A stretch of DNA of 63,901 nucleotides, counting the filler, from Chiloscyllium plagiosum (lineage: Eukaryota), in NCBI RefSeq assembly GCF_004010195.1. It is 5 parts of one record of this genome, joined end to end, with 100 filler letters (N's around TTAATTAATTAA, not from the genome) between each part and the next. Parts side by side here need not be neighbours in the genome. Positions count along the whole stretch, not along the records: positions 15,794 to 31,003 come from NC_057710.1; positions 31,104 to 45,307 come from NC_057710.1; 3 more parts are not named here. One strand, 5' to 3'. The notes below the pieces were generated by a model that made no database searches, was not told the origin of the DNA, and saw only the letters and a list, made by a program, of their open reading frames with translations. The position numbers and the translations under genes are program-made. Below, one piece after another: positions 23,261 through 36,900 of this stretch (the first letter of the stretch is position 1; each line of letters starts with the position of its first letter).

Positions 23261-24599
23261 AGTGCTAATATTTTGATCTTTTTTTTCTAAAGTTCCAAAA
23301 CAATGCAACAGCTTATAACACAGTAATTACTCCTCCTGGAATTCGAGGGAATCAGCTCTAACACTGAAAATACTTCAAAAAAGGAGCAGCTCATACAGCA
23401 ATAACTTTTTCATGTCCTTCATCCTGGATCCTTCTCTGAATATGTTTTATCCTTATCATAATAATGAACACTTAACGACATTTAACATTGATTTTTCAGC
23501 TTAACTGTGAGTGTCATTTGTGGGAAAAGGGATAAAAATAATCCAAGGTTTTCTAATCTTCGACTGGGAGAATTCAAGATAATGTGCCAAACAGTCTGTA
23601 CCAGATATTTTTCTCCCTTAACTTACAGCTTTCTGACCAGTACTATTGGCAGTACATGGCCTCTCAACTACTTATGTAATAAAGGAGAGATGAAGAAAAA
23701 AAATTGAGCACCAATAATAAAGTACAAAATAAGTGGAATGTGACCAAAATATTTAAAACTATTTATATTACTTTTGTATGTCTGATTGCATTCAAGAAAA
23801 TATTAATATTTTAGTATAGCACAGCATTTATTGCATTTATTTCGGATCATGTAGCAGAGTCATCCATTTTTAATTCTGATATTATCGTTATATTGACAGC
23901 AGAAGTTAAAATGTCTATTCCTCTGTACATTTAAGTATCAGGTTAAGTGTACACAACTTTAATGCCTTAAAAAGATTATATAAATACTACAGAAAACATT
24001 TGAACTCACCGCAGACCTTTTACAGTATAACAAAGCATCATATCAGCAAATTCCACAAATCAGAGGAGCAAGCAATGAAACAGTATTTTAGTATTCATCA
24101 ACATTTTCAAAAGCTTCTGTGTTACCATTATTTATTTAGGACTTGGTATATTGTTATGAGTCCGGTAGCTGTGACTCATTTCTCTTTTTGACATTAATGT
24201 TGAGAATGCATGGTATGAATCAAAAAGAACTGAACAAAAACACTCCCTACCTCAAACAATTAATTCTGTGCTATCTCAAATCAACATCTTCTGAAAATAC
24301 ATTCCTTGAGGAATTTGGAGTAACTGAAAAGAGCATCTTGAATTTTAAAGGCATATATTTTACGAAAGCTCATTCACCCTTCTCCCATTTTTAACACCAT
24401 CTGTTACACATTTTTAAAAAACATTTGCATATTAAATTTATTTGTTGGCTCCAGGTCGAGATGCAAGAGGTGTTCCATTCATACCTGATGAGGAGTTTTC
24501 AAGGAGATAGATGCCAAGAACTTGACAGCTTTAGAGCTTGGCTCTGCAAAAGCTAACATTATTTGGAGAAAGGTACGTGTTGGCTGGTGATAACCCACG

Positions 24600-27500
24600 T
24601 GTTCATTCAGAGTTTCGGCTCGGGCACGTTCCTTTCAGGAGGAGCCAGAGGGAGGAGCCTGTAACAGGAAAGATTTAAAATCGAGCGTGCATGTTCTCGG
24701 GCCTAGTTTCGGTTTGGACAAGTTTCTTTCACAAGGAGCATCTTGTGACATCACAAGGAGGAAAGGGAGGACAGTTTCTGCTTTTGCTAGTTTGTTTAAT
24801 TCCCTTGGTGCTACAGGTGAAGTGATCTCACTGCCGTACAGGGTAAGTGCGTCTCAGTCTTTCTAAAGGGTTAGTACAGATGGTGAGTACTTTAGAGGGA
24901 GGTTAGAAAGTATTAACTGAAATTTTTAGGTAGATAATTAAAATTTAACTTGTAAACTAACAACCGATAGAGGGTTAGTCGTGTTATTTGGTGGTGTTTT
25001 ATGCTCCACCTGTGAGATGCAGCTAACAGCATCTCCAATAATTGCATCACAGGAACTGGACCCAGCTTCAACTGCTCACTGAATGAATAGATTGGCTTGA
25101 GTGGCAGCTGGAGATGCTAAGGAGCACACAGATGGCAGACAGCATCATAGAAAGAAGTTATAGAAACATGGTCACACCCAAGGTACATTGATGAGTGATG
25201 GAACAGGTAGTCAGTGCAGAAGTCCCCTGCAGCAAACCCCCCTCCCCTCCCCCATGACTATTCAGGGAGTTAGTGAGTAAAATAAAAGAAGGACCTCAAG
25301 GGTAGTTATCTCAGGATTACTCCCCATGTCATATACTACTGATGCTAGCAACAGAGACATAGTCCAATTGAACATGTGGCTAGAGAGTTGTGCAGGGGGT
25401 TGGGGGTGGGGGCTGCTCAGGGCTTAGGATATGTGTACCATTGTGATATCTTCCATGGAAGGTGAGACCTGTGCAAGAAGGACAGTTGCATCTAAACTGA
25501 GGGGCACCAATATCCTACCAGGGAGGTCTGATCATGCCACGTGGGAGAGTTTAAACTAGTGTGGCAAGGGGTGTGGGAATGGGAGTAGCAGGTCAGTAAG
25601 TGTACAAACTTGGGAAGGGTTTGAGACTAAGGCAAATACAGCTAAGAGGAAGGGCAGTCAGGGAGAGGTTACTGAGCTCAATGGAACTGGAGGCTTGGAA
25701 TGTATTTGCTTCAATGCAACACGTTTAACAGGTAAGAACTGTAAACTCAGGGCTTGGATTAATGCATGCAATTATGATGCTGCTGCTATCACAGAGGCAT
25801 GGTTAAATAAGGGATGAGATTAGCAGCTTAACATTCCAGCATATCAATGTTTTAGATGAGACAGAGGAGGGACCAAAAGAGGTGGGGGAGATGCCTTACT
25901 GGTCAGGGAGAATATCACGGCTGTGTTGAGGGAGGACACCCTGGAGTGATCTTGCAGCGAAGCATTATGGGTGGAGCTCAGGAATAGGACGGGTGCAATC
26001 ACAATACTGGGATAGTACTACAGACCTCCCAGCTGCTAGCGGGATTAGAGGAAGAGACATTTGGTTAGTTTGTGGAAAGAAGTGAAAATAACAGGTTTGT
26101 TCTGATGAGTGATTTTAACTTCCGTCATATTGACTAGGACTCCATAGTGCCAAGGGTTTGAATGGGGAATGCTTTATTAAATGTATCGTGGTGGGTGTTT
26201 TGAAACAGTATGTGGATAATCTAACAAGAGAGGGGGGCTATAATTGAGCTGGTATTGGGAAATTAGCCAGGTCAAGTGATCAAAGTTTCAGTGGGGGACC
26301 ATTTCAGGAATAGTGACCATAATTCCATTTGTTTATGAATACCTATGGATAAGGATAAGAGTGACCTCAGATGAAGGTGTTAAATTGGCTGAAGGCTAAC
26401 TATAAGCAAGTTGGGCAAGAATTGAAGAATGTGGATTGGAAGTGGCTGCTTGAGGGTAAATCCACATCTGACAGGTGGGAGTCTTATAAAGACAGTGTAG
26501 GACAGATATGTTCCTGTGGAAATAAAGGTCAGGAATGATAGGATTTGGCGACCTTGAATGACAGGGAAAATTATCAGCTTAGACAAAAAAAAGGAAAGCA
26601 TACCTAAGGTCTATGCAATTAAAACCAGATGAAGTCCTTGAAAATATAGAAAAAGTTGGAAGGAGCTCAAACAGGGAGATGGGAGGGTTAAAAGGGGCTG
26701 TAAAATAAACTTGGCCAGCATTTCATACATATATTAGATGCACGGATGTCATTAGCTGAAGAGTAGGCCCACTCAAGGATAAAGGAGGGAGGTTATGTAT
26801 GGAGCCAGAGGAAATGGGTGAGATCCTTACTTTACATTGATACTCACCAAAGAGAGTGACATGAGGGATGTTGAGATTAGAGAGAGGTCTGTGAATACTC
26901 TCAGACAAGTCGACATAATGAAGGAGGAAGTGTTGGATGTTTTGAAATGAATTAAGGTAGACAAATCCGCAGGGCCAAATAGGATCTATCCCAGGATACT
27001 GTAGGATGAAATTGCTGGGTCCTTAACTGATATCTTCACACTCTGTTTGGCCTCAGGCAGAGGACCAGAGAATGTCTAATGTTGTTCTCTGTTTAAGATG
27101 GGAATCAGAGATAATCCTGGTAATTATAGGCCAGTGAGTCTGATTTCAGTGGTGGGCAAGCTGTTGGAGAAGATACTGAGAGACAGGATTTATTCACATT
27201 TGGAAGTGGATGAATTTGTTAGTGATAGGCAGCGTAGGTTTGTGCAGGGAATGTCACATCTCACCATCTTGATTGAGCATTTGAGGAGGTAGCAAGAATG
27301 GTTGATGAGGGAAGGGCAGTGGATGTTGTATGCATGGGCTTTGTAAGGCATTTGATGAGCTACTCATTGCAGGCTTGTATAAATGGGGGAGTCAATGGGA
27401 TCCAGGATGAGCTGGCAAGATGGATGCAAAGTTAGCTCAGCCATAGATGACAGAGAGTTGCGGCTTTTCAGAATGGAGATCTGTCACACGAGTTGTGCTC

Positions 27501-28377
27501 TGCAGGGAACAGTGCTGGGACCTTTGTTGTTTGTAATATATATATTAATGATTTGGAAGAAAATGTACATGGTCTGATTTGTAAGTTTGTGGACGATACC
27601 TGAATTAATAGAATTGTACACAGTGAAGGGAATTGTCAAAAGGTATAGCATAATATAGCAGTTGCAGATTTGGGCAGAGAAATGGTAAATGATGTTTAAT
27701 CCAGACAAATGCAAGGTGATGCATTTTGGAAGATCAAGTTCAGATTCAAATTATACAGTAAACAGTGGAGCCCTTAGGAGCCTTGACATATAGAGAGATC
27801 TGGGTGTACAGGTCTATAGATCTCTGAAAGTAGCAACACTGGAGAATAATGTGGTCAAGAAGGTATACAGCATGCTTCCCTCCATTGGCTAGGGCATCAA
27901 ATATAAGAGTTGACAAGTTATGTTACAGCTGTACAAAACTTTAGATAGTCCACATTTGGAATATAGCATGCAGTTCTGTTTGCCACACTACCAGAAGGAC
28001 GTGGATGCTTTAGATGGGGTGAGTGGTTGAGATGGTTTACCAGGATGTTGCCTAGTCAGAAGGAGCTTAGTTATGAGGAGATGTTTAATAAATTTGAATT
28101 GTTTTCACTGGAAAGACAGAGGTTGAGGAGTGAGCTGATAGAGGTTTACAAACTGTGAGAGACATAGATAGGACGGATAGTCAGAGGCTTTTCCCCAGCT
28201 TAGGAAGGTTAACATGAGAGGGCACAAGTTCAAGGTGAGAGGGGGAAGGCTTAGGGTGAAGTGTAGGGAAACATTTTCACACAGTGGGTGGTGGGTGCCT
28301 GGAATGCACTGCCAGTGGAGATGGTGGAAGCAGACATGTTAGCAACGTTTGAGGAGTATCTTGATAGTCACATGAAT
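24600..28377 (+). mobile_element. Near-full-length decayed CR1 (CpG-rich 5' UTR, ORF1 Zn-finger/esterase, ORF2 EN-RT)
   Basis: CSTCEM and QLQLLT (~25000-25080), RVVISGLLP (~25297), CICFNA (~25701), YYRPP, NYRPVSLISVVGK, QGTVLGPLLF, WNALPVE. Confidence 0.9.
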
Positions 28378-28756
28378 TCCAGAAAAAATAATTGCCACTA
28401 CTTGCAAAACAATTTTATTTATTAGCAATAAATCCTTCCCAAAAAATGGCATCTATATCACTGTGACACTGTTTTATCTATTCATTTCTCATTTCATTCT
28501 AGCCTTCACCAGAAACACTGCCAAACTATGATATTTAAATTGCAAATTTCCAGCTATCTATAAAGAGAAGATCTCAGTACATTGTACATTCATTGTTGCA
28601 CCATACATACATGAGGTGACTTGATGTGAAGTTGATTAATGTATTATGTTTTTCATCATCTCTTTGATTAGCAGGAACAGTCATAATGGATGCACACCCC
28701 CCTCCCCCCCCCCCCCTCCACACACACACATGCACACACACAATGTGAAAGTAAAT

Positions 28757-28890
28757 TAGATTAGTCATAGGAAATGCAGGGTTACAGGGATAGATTAGGG
28801 TGGTGGATATGGGTAGGGTGTTCTTCAGCGGGTCAGTTTGGACTCAACAGGCTGAATGGCCTGTTTCCAAACTGTGGGGTTTCTGTAATG
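28757..28890 (+). mobile_element. HE1-type SINE 3' fragment
   Basis: ttcagcgggtcagtttggactcaacaggctgaatggcctgtttcc. Confidence 0.6.
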
Positions 28891-28919
28891 AAGCATTCTG
28901 GGATGAGTGCCAGTGCAGT

Positions 28920-29932
28920 GTAGGCCACACTGAGAGTATCATGGGTGGAGCACTGTCATGATGCAGGGTGTTATTAAAATGGAAAGAATGCAAAATAAAT
29001 TTACAAGGATGTTGCCAGGATGCAGGGGTCTGAGCTACAGGAAGGGGTTGGGCAAGCTAGGACTTTTTTTCTTTAGAGAATAGCAGACTGAGGGGGATGT
29101 TATAGAAGTGCATAAGATCACAAGAGACATGGGTTGGGAAATCAAGGACTAGAGGGCATCTTTGCAAGAGGATTCGCAGTAGGTTAAAATCTTCTAGGAG
29201 GAAGTGAGGACTGCAGATGCTGGAAATCAGAGCTGAAAATGTGTTGCTGGAAAAGCGCAGCAGGTCAGGCAGCATCCAAGGAGCAGGAGAATCGATGTTT
29301 CGGGCATGAGCCCTTCTTCAGGAATGAGGAAAGTGTGCCAAGCAGGCTAAGATAAAAGGTAGGGAGGAGGGACTTGGGGGAGGGGTTGTGGTTGGAGGGT
29401 TCCTAGGCGGAAGATGAGGCGCTCTTCCTCCAGCCGTCATGTTGCTATGGTCTGGCGATGGAGGAGTCCAAGGACCTGCATGTCCTTGGTGGAGTGGGAG
29501 GGGGAGTTGAAGTGTTGAGCCAAGGGGTGGTTGGGTTGGTTGGTCCGGGTGTCCCAGAGGTGTTCTCTGAAACGTTCCGCAAGTAGGCGGCCTGTCTCCC
29601 CAATATAGAGAGGCCGCATCAGGTGCAGCAGATGCAATAAATGATGTGTGTGGAGGTGCAGGTGAATTTGTGGCGGGCATCTTATTAAGATCAGAGGGGA
29701 AAGAATAAAAGGGAACTTGAGAGACATCTTTTTGACACAGACGAAATGAGTTGCCAGTGGTCGTGATTGAGGCGGGTAAATTGACAACACTTAAAAGGCA
29801 TTTGGACAAATATATGGATAGGAAAGATATGCGGCCAAGTGCAGGGAAATGGGGTTAGCATGGATGGACATTCTGGTCAACATGGACCAAAGGGCTTATC
29901 TCTGTGCTGTAAGACTCAATGACTCCATGATT
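28920..29932 (+). mobile_element. CR1 3' fragment split by a Penelope insertion
   Basis: ERMQNKFTRMLPG at ~28982; resumes after 29675; tail gactcaatgactccatga. Confidence 0.8.
29163..29674 (-). mobile_element. Penelope-like element (GIY-YIG end, pLTR, 3' extension), 9-bp TSD
   Basis: LYIGETGRLLAERFREH...LAQHFNSPSH (ORF 29437-29790); TSD gggcatctt at 29154-29162 and 29675-29683; hammerhead core 29290-29325 with ACGU changed to ACAU. Confidence 0.9.
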
Positions 29933-30084
29933 CTGAAAGTAAAATATTATGAAATAATAAATTAGTATGTCAGAAGATAAGTATGTAATAAAATATATCA
30001 AGGAAGGAATAATAATATTAAAAGTGAATTATTTAAATAAATCAAAAGTAAGAGCTGAAGAGGCACCAAAATGAAACATATATA

Positions 30085-30368
30085 GCCATAAAGTCACAGA
30101 GATGCACAGCACGAAAACAGGCCCTTTGGTCTAAATCATCCATGCCGACCAGATACCCTAAGCTGATCTAACCCCAGTTTCCAGTATTTGGCCTTTATCC
30201 CTTTAAACCCTTTTAAATGTTATAATTGTACCAGCCTCCACTAATTTCTCAGGCATTTCATTCCAGACATCTACCACCCTTTGAGTGAAAAGGTTGCCCC
30301 TCAGGTCCCTTTTATACCTTTCCCTTCTCACCTTAAACCTATATCCTGTAGTTTTGGACTCCCCTAGA
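30085..30368 (-). mobile_element. CR1 3' fragment
   Basis: GYRFKVRRERYKRDLRGNLFTQRVVDVWNEMPE (ORF 30203-30415). Confidence 0.88.
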
Positions 30369-30790
30369 GTCACATAAAGGTATCCTAAAATAAAATGGAG
30401 GGCCACATGAAACAAGCAGTCTGCAATATATGTGCTTTGCTCATCAAAATTCCAGCATCAGATATTCTGGGTAGCCATTTATGCAGCAGATACTTCCAGT
30501 TGTATGAGCTCAGAGTTTCCAAGTAGGATGGACATTTGCAATTGCTGTTGATCATGTGGAAGGCTGAGAGTTTCCTGGGGAGCATGCTCAAGGAGACGGT
30601 CACCCTACGGTGGCAGCAAGTTGGATAATAAGCAGAATAGGAAGATGTGGGTAATGCAGAAAGCTTCAGGGAATATGTTGTGCTCAAGGTGGCTTCTGAT
30701 GCTAAACATGCTGATACCACAAAAAGAGACCAATTTGGATGAAAGCAGCATAGGGGCAAATAAAGTATGGGTATGCAGTGATTATAGATG

Positions 30791-31003
30791 GAGAAAGTGA
30801 GGTCTGCAGATGCTGGAGATCAGAGCTGAAAATGTGTTGCTGGAAAAGCGCAGCAGGTCAGGCAGCATCAAGGGAACAGGAGAATCGACGTTTCGGGCAT
30901 GAGCCCTTCTTCAGGAATGAGGAAAGTTTGTCCAGCAGGCTAAGATAAAACGTAGGGAGGAGGGATTTGGGGGAGGGGCGTCGGAAATGTAATAGGTGGA
31001 AAG
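30791..31003 (-). mobile_element. Penelope-like pLTR with intact hammerhead core (30883-30918), truncated by gap
   Basis: Near identical to 15401-15620; CUGAAGA-a-gggcucaugccc-GAAA-cg-UC. Confidence 0.85.
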
Positions 31004-31103
31004 NNNNNNNNNNNNNNNNNNNNNNNNNNNNNNNNNNNNNNNNNNNNTTAATTAATTAANNNNNNNNNNNNNNNNNNNNNNNNNNNNNNNNNNNNNNNNN
31101 NNN
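31004..31103. other. Scaffold gap with artificial linker
   Basis: N44-TTAATTAATTAA-N44. Confidence 0.97.
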
Positions 31104-31733
31104 TGCTTTCCTTTATTGGTCAGAGTATTGAGTACAAGAATTGGGAGGTCATGTTACGGCTGTACAGGACATTGGTTTGGCCACTGTTGGAATATTGTGT
31201 GCAATTCTGGTCTCCTTCCTTTCGGAAAGATGTTGTGAAACTTGAAAGGGTTCAGAAAAGATTTACAAGGATGTTGCCGGGTTTGGAGGTTCTGAGCTAC
31301 AGGGAGAGGCTGAACAGCTTGGGGCTGTTTTCCCTGGAGCGTCGGAGGCTGAGGGGTGACCTTATAGAGGTTTACAAAATTATAAGGGGCATGTTTAGGA
31401 TAAATAGACAAAGTCTTTTCCCTGGGGTCGGCGAGTCCAGAACTAGAGGGCATAGGTTTAGGGTGAGAGGGGAAAGATATAAAAGAGACCTCAGGGGCAA
31501 CGTTTTCATGCAGAGGGTGGTATGTGCATGGAATGAGATGGCAGAGGATGTGGTCGAGGCTGGTACAATTACAACATTTAAGAGGCATTTGGATGGGTAT
31601 ATGAATAGGAAGGATTTGGAGGGATATGGGCCAGGTGCTGGCAGGTGAGACTAGATTGGGTTGGGATATCTGGTTGGCATGGACGGATTGGACCGAAGGG
31701 TCTGTTTCAATGCTGTACATCTCTATGACTCTA
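31104..31733 (+). mobile_element. CR1 3' fragment (young)
   Basis: ORF 31151-31648 LYRTLVWPLLEYCVQFWSP...RRLRGDLIEVYKI. Confidence 0.95.
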
Positions 31734-31735
31734 TC

Positions 31736-33895
31736 TCTCCATCCTCCTCACAGCTCATCCTCCACCCAGCTTTATCTCATCAGTAAATTTTGAGATATAC
31801 TTAGTTCTTTCATCCATATCATATCATAACATATATTGTCTATAGCTGGGGTCCTCCCACTAGTCATGGCCTATCATTCAGAAAAAGACCCATTTATTCC
31901 TCCTCTTTATTTCCTGTATGCTGACCAATTTCTTGTCAATACAATAACCCAATCCCATGCACTTTAATTTTACACACTGATCTCTTATGTGGGACTTTGC
32001 CAAAAGCATTCTGAAAGTCCAAATAGACCATTTGCACTGGCTTCCCCGATCAACTCTAACAGTTACATCCTTTAAAAACTACAGTAGATTTACCAAGTAT
32101 AATTTCCCCTTTGCTGACTATGTCTGATTCAACTATTGTTTTCTAAATGCTCTTCTCCCTACTGCCAATGCCAGACTCACTAGACTATTAACCCCTGTTT
32201 TCTCTATACCTTCCTTTTTAAATAGTAGGGTTACATTAGCTACCCTCCAATCTGTAGGAGTTTGCCTGGAGTCTAAAGAATCTTGGAAGATGACCACCAA
32301 TGCATCCAGTATTTCTACGGCCACTTCCTTACATACTCTGGGATACAGATCATCAAGCCATGGGAATTTATCAGCCTTCAATCTCATCAATTTCCTCAAC
32401 ACCATTTGTCTACTAATACAAATTTACTTCATGTACACCTCTCACTAAACCCTGTGTTCCCCATTACTTCATGCACATCTCTCACTAAATCGGGTGCTCC
32501 CCATTACTTCATACACACCTTTCACTAAATGCTGTGTTCCCCATTATTTCTGGGATGTTATTTGTGTCCTCTTTGTGAAGACAGAATTGAAATACAAATT
32601 TAGTTTATTGGTCATTTCTTTATTGTCCTTGTCTGTGACTGTAAAGACCTACAAAAGTTTCACAAATTCTTTCTTTACATACCTTTGGAAACATTTCCAG
32701 TCAGTTCTTATTTTTCCACAAGCTTACTCTCATACTCTATTTTCCCCTTCTTCATCAATTCCTTGGCCCTCTTTTGATGATTTCTAAATTATGCCCATTT
32801 TTCAGGTCTATTGTTTTTTTTCTCAACAACTTTTATGTCTTGTTTTTATATCTAAAACTAGCTTTAAATTTCCTCACAAGCCTCGCTTCTCTTTGCACTC
32901 TTGTGCCAAATAGGAATAAACAACTATTTTAATTCACCCATTCATTCTTTGGAAGTTTGCCATTGCCTATTCATTGTCATTCCTTTCAGTAACATTTTCC
33001 AATCCATCAGAGTCAACTCACCGTCATAGTTTTCCTTAATAAGATTCAAAACTCTAGTCTCAGAATCAACTAGGTCACTCTTTATGTTGATGAAGAATTC
33101 TATCATATTAAGGTCATATATCCCTGAGGGGTCTCTCAAAGCTACATTACCAATTATTTCTTTCTCATTGCATAATGCCCAATTTAAGATGATCTATATT
33201 CTAGTTGCTTCTTCAATATATTGGTCCTAAAAACCCCATCCCATATCCACTCCAGCAATTCCTTCTCTACAGTATGGTGACTAATTTGATTTGTTCGATC
33301 TATAAGAAGATTGAAGTTACCCATATTTACAGATATTCTTTTACTGTATGCATCTCTGATTTCCTGTTTAATGCCATTCCTAACATCACCACTACAGGTT
33401 GGCACCCCAATATTGTATTTTGCACCTGTGCACTTCTCAATTCTACCCAAACAGATTCTACACAGTCTGAGCTAATATTGTTCCTCAACATTTATCTCCT
33501 CCTTAGCCAGTAATACAACTCCCCTGCCTTTTCCTTTGTGTCTGTCCTTCCTAAATATTGAAAATACCCAGGTAGTCAGTTCCCATCCCTGATCACATTA
33601 CAGCTATGTCTCCATAATCCCAAATAGATCACTCCCATTAACACCTATTAATGATTAATTCATCCACTTTATTTAAAATGCTCCGTGCATTCAGGTGCAA
33701 GCCTTAAGGCTGGCCTGAACCCCATTACCTTTTACTGTGAGCTTGTTTGATTCTGGCCTTTGATTCCTCTGCCTATTATTTCTCTGAGTCCCTTCCTGTC
33801 CTTTGTTCTTGTCCTTGATTCCCCTTCCTCTGACTCCTTGCATATTTCCATCCCCTTGCTAATTCAGTTTAAACCCTCCCCAACCACTCTAGAAA
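31736..33895 (-). mobile_element. Decayed CR1 (ORF1 end, EN, RT N-terminal half)
   Basis: LKADKFPWLDDLYPRVCKE...DWRVANVTLLFKK (32133-32405); MGNFNL (33184-33450); LNARSI-like at ~33675-33695. Confidence 0.8.
32426..32545. repeat. 40-bp tandem triplication inside CR1
   Basis: acttcatgtacacctctcactaaaccctgtgttccccatt x3 at 32426, 32466, 32506. Confidence 0.9.
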
Positions 33896-33904
33896 CTTCT
33901 TTTT

Positions 33905-36900
33905 GAATATACATATTTACAGTGACTGTCATTTCAATGTCTGTGCTAAAACTAGCATGATGTGCATCAAGTAGCCTCACTCAAGATGGAGCCTGAGACC
34001 TTTATAACAACTGTCACTTGCTATGATACAGTGATGATATCCTGCACACATCACTTAATGGTTTATCGCATACTAATTGTGAGACGTAACATCCTCCTCT
34101 TTCCAAAGGAAAAAGAAAGTAAATCCCATAACAGATGTTTATGGTTGTACATAGCCACAAAGCATCAATTTGATAATTATAAAATCAAGTATACGTAGAG
34201 TTAAGACGATTACTGACTCAAACTTCAAAATATTGCTTTAGAGGTTTGACAACTTGTCCTGGTCTGAAGTTTGTTTACCATCTGAAGAGGAAGATGTGTT
34301 GTTGGGTTGCTATTGTTGACCACTTAGTTGACTTGCTGCTAGTTGCTATCACTCAACATCACCCCAAAATCATTATGATCAGAGTTTTCTTCCTCACTTT
34401 CTTTGTGTATGATTAGCATGTGTGTATTGATTGGCATTGGTTAATAATGTGGCATTATGATCAGTAATGATTTGTATGGCTTTGGCTGATTGCATAGTTT
34501 AGAAGCCTTTATGGTATAACTGGATTTTGACATGCATTCCCTTCCAGATGTATAGTTCTGGTAGTTTCTATCTGCTTGCTCATCATGTATGTCTTTCACT
34601 TCCCTTTGCCTTTGAAGCAGAATGTTCTGTTTCTCAGGATGCTTAGATAACTGTGTAACTCTAACTGCTTGTTCAACAAGATCTTTCACAATTGTTTTCT
34701 GTCCATAAGTTGTGCTGGGGTTGGTTATCTGTTTCTCATTGCCATTACAAGAAAATATAGCAATGCAAATGCAAAAATCTTGTTTTGTTGCTTGATATTT
34801 GTTGATCATGAATTGGATAGTGGGTATCATTTGGTTTGCTGGACGATTTGAGTTAGAATAGTGGAGTGATGATGTGATGTGGGTTACCCCCAACTTATTA
34901 TACATCTTGAATGGTTTGCTCGTAACCTGCCATCCATTGCCAGACACTATCCATTACACGTGAATAAACTGAAATAGCATTCTATGTGTTGGCAATGATT
35001 GCACTCACGATGTTACAAAGTAACGACACAATGTGACATTTGAAGAAGTATTCCATGACAAGGATTTAATCTTCTCCGTGTACTGTAAATAGATGTGTTG
35101 CTATTTTCATCCAAGGAGTGATAGAACAATGATTGGATGATGGCGTTTCCTCCGTTTCTGGGGTTGATATTTTTTGAAATGCCTCATATGCATTCATAAG
35201 TCATTGAATATCCCAATTCTTCCCTGGCCAGTACTCACACCCTCACATGCTCATACACTTGTATCTTCAGTCCCAATATATCCTTAATGCAGAATGGTCA
35301 TGATGTCTTGACAAAATACTTCCAGTAATAGGATTTGTTTAAGCCGAAATTGACTAGTTGTGGTATATCAAGTTCATCTATGTATGTCCAAAATGTAAAA
35401 AACGTTTCCATGTACTTCCTTAGTACAGTCATGTCATCCTTGTATGATAGTCTTTTGTGACACTTGTAGCTTTTCATTTTTGGCAGTTTTTGATTGCAAC
35501 TCTTCATAGTGGCTCTGGTCAAAGTGTAACAAATCAACCTCGAAAATGTCTTCAACTTCAACTTATTCAAATGTGTGGTCTTTTCAAGCATAGTTGGTGT
35601 GATTCAAATATCATGAATTATGAGAATTACATATTGAAATCTATACATAATGGCACACTTGTCACTGTAGATTATTGTGATTTACGAAGAAACTACCAGA
35701 ACTATACACCTGGAAGAAAATACATGTCAAAATTCAGTAACAAATGCTAGGATACCAGAAGATGTTTGAAAGCCAAAATGAACATGCATAATGTCACTGA
35801 AGTGTGGTTGTGCCAATGTATGGAATTAGTAATCCATTGTATACTGTAAGATGGTGTCTCATAGGTTGTACTGTGGAGCGTTACTGGCTGAAGTACATGT
35901 CCTTCAGGATATGTCATGGTAATAAGTTTGCACTAGCTCCTCTGTTATTTTGGCTTTAATGTGCATGCTGCCTTTACATGAAGGGTGATGTTCATGGTCT
36001 TAAAAAACTCTTGACTCTTTTATACCATCAAGATGGTGTGCAAGGTTAATAATAAGGAAAACTCAGTTATCTGTATCATGCATTTCACTCATTTGCCTAT
36101 ACTCTTCATTGATTGATTTGAATCTATGCAAATTCTTAAAACTTGCCTTGTTATTGGTGTTGTGCAGATTTCCAACATCCATCGTATTTTGTTTTGATGT
36201 GAGTGTTTAATTCTCTGCCTCCCTTTTCCAGGTATGCTCATCTGGAAGAAGTTCTGCTCTTTTCTCCAATTAGATTGATACTTAGATTTCCAGCATCTGC
36301 AGTATTTTGCTTATATTTTGTGCTATTGTTTTGCCTTCTTGATCACTTGTGATTTCATTCTGGGTCCTGGCTGAACATTTGATGCCAGATTTCCTGCACA
36401 TGCGTCCAATGTTCTTTGCTGCCACATGCTTTGCAGATGCGAAGACAGTTATGACAGTTCCTGTAGTTTTGAGGCACTTAGCCAATCATAGTAATTGTAT
36501 CGGCTGCATGCCATTATTATCAGCCTGCTCCTACGGCCTCATGCTGGAGTCGATCTTTAAGCAAGGACCCATGATACTTTCCCTTGTGCAGAAAATCTTT
36601 CTTGAAGGTTTTAATTACTGTGGACACAATTATTAATCAATTAACCTTTCTAGGATTTCTTCAACGGAAGAATCACACTCATGCCCTTGCTGTATACCAT
36701 TTTGTGATAAAGTCATTAATCAACTCTTGTATGACATGAGTTGATCTGTAAACAAAGCTGCATATGTTGCTTGGATGTCTAATATTCAGTACAGATATCA
36801 ATCACCAGCCAATCTATAACTAATTGTTTGCCTTCTATTTCTCATTGATGGACTGTTGCTTCTTTTTATTTAAGTATTATGCAGGGCTTGTTTTTTTTTG

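Noticed and set aside
31154..31720. 188-aa minus-strand ORF (also 20570-20962)
   Set aside because: Antisense shadow of CR1 ORF2
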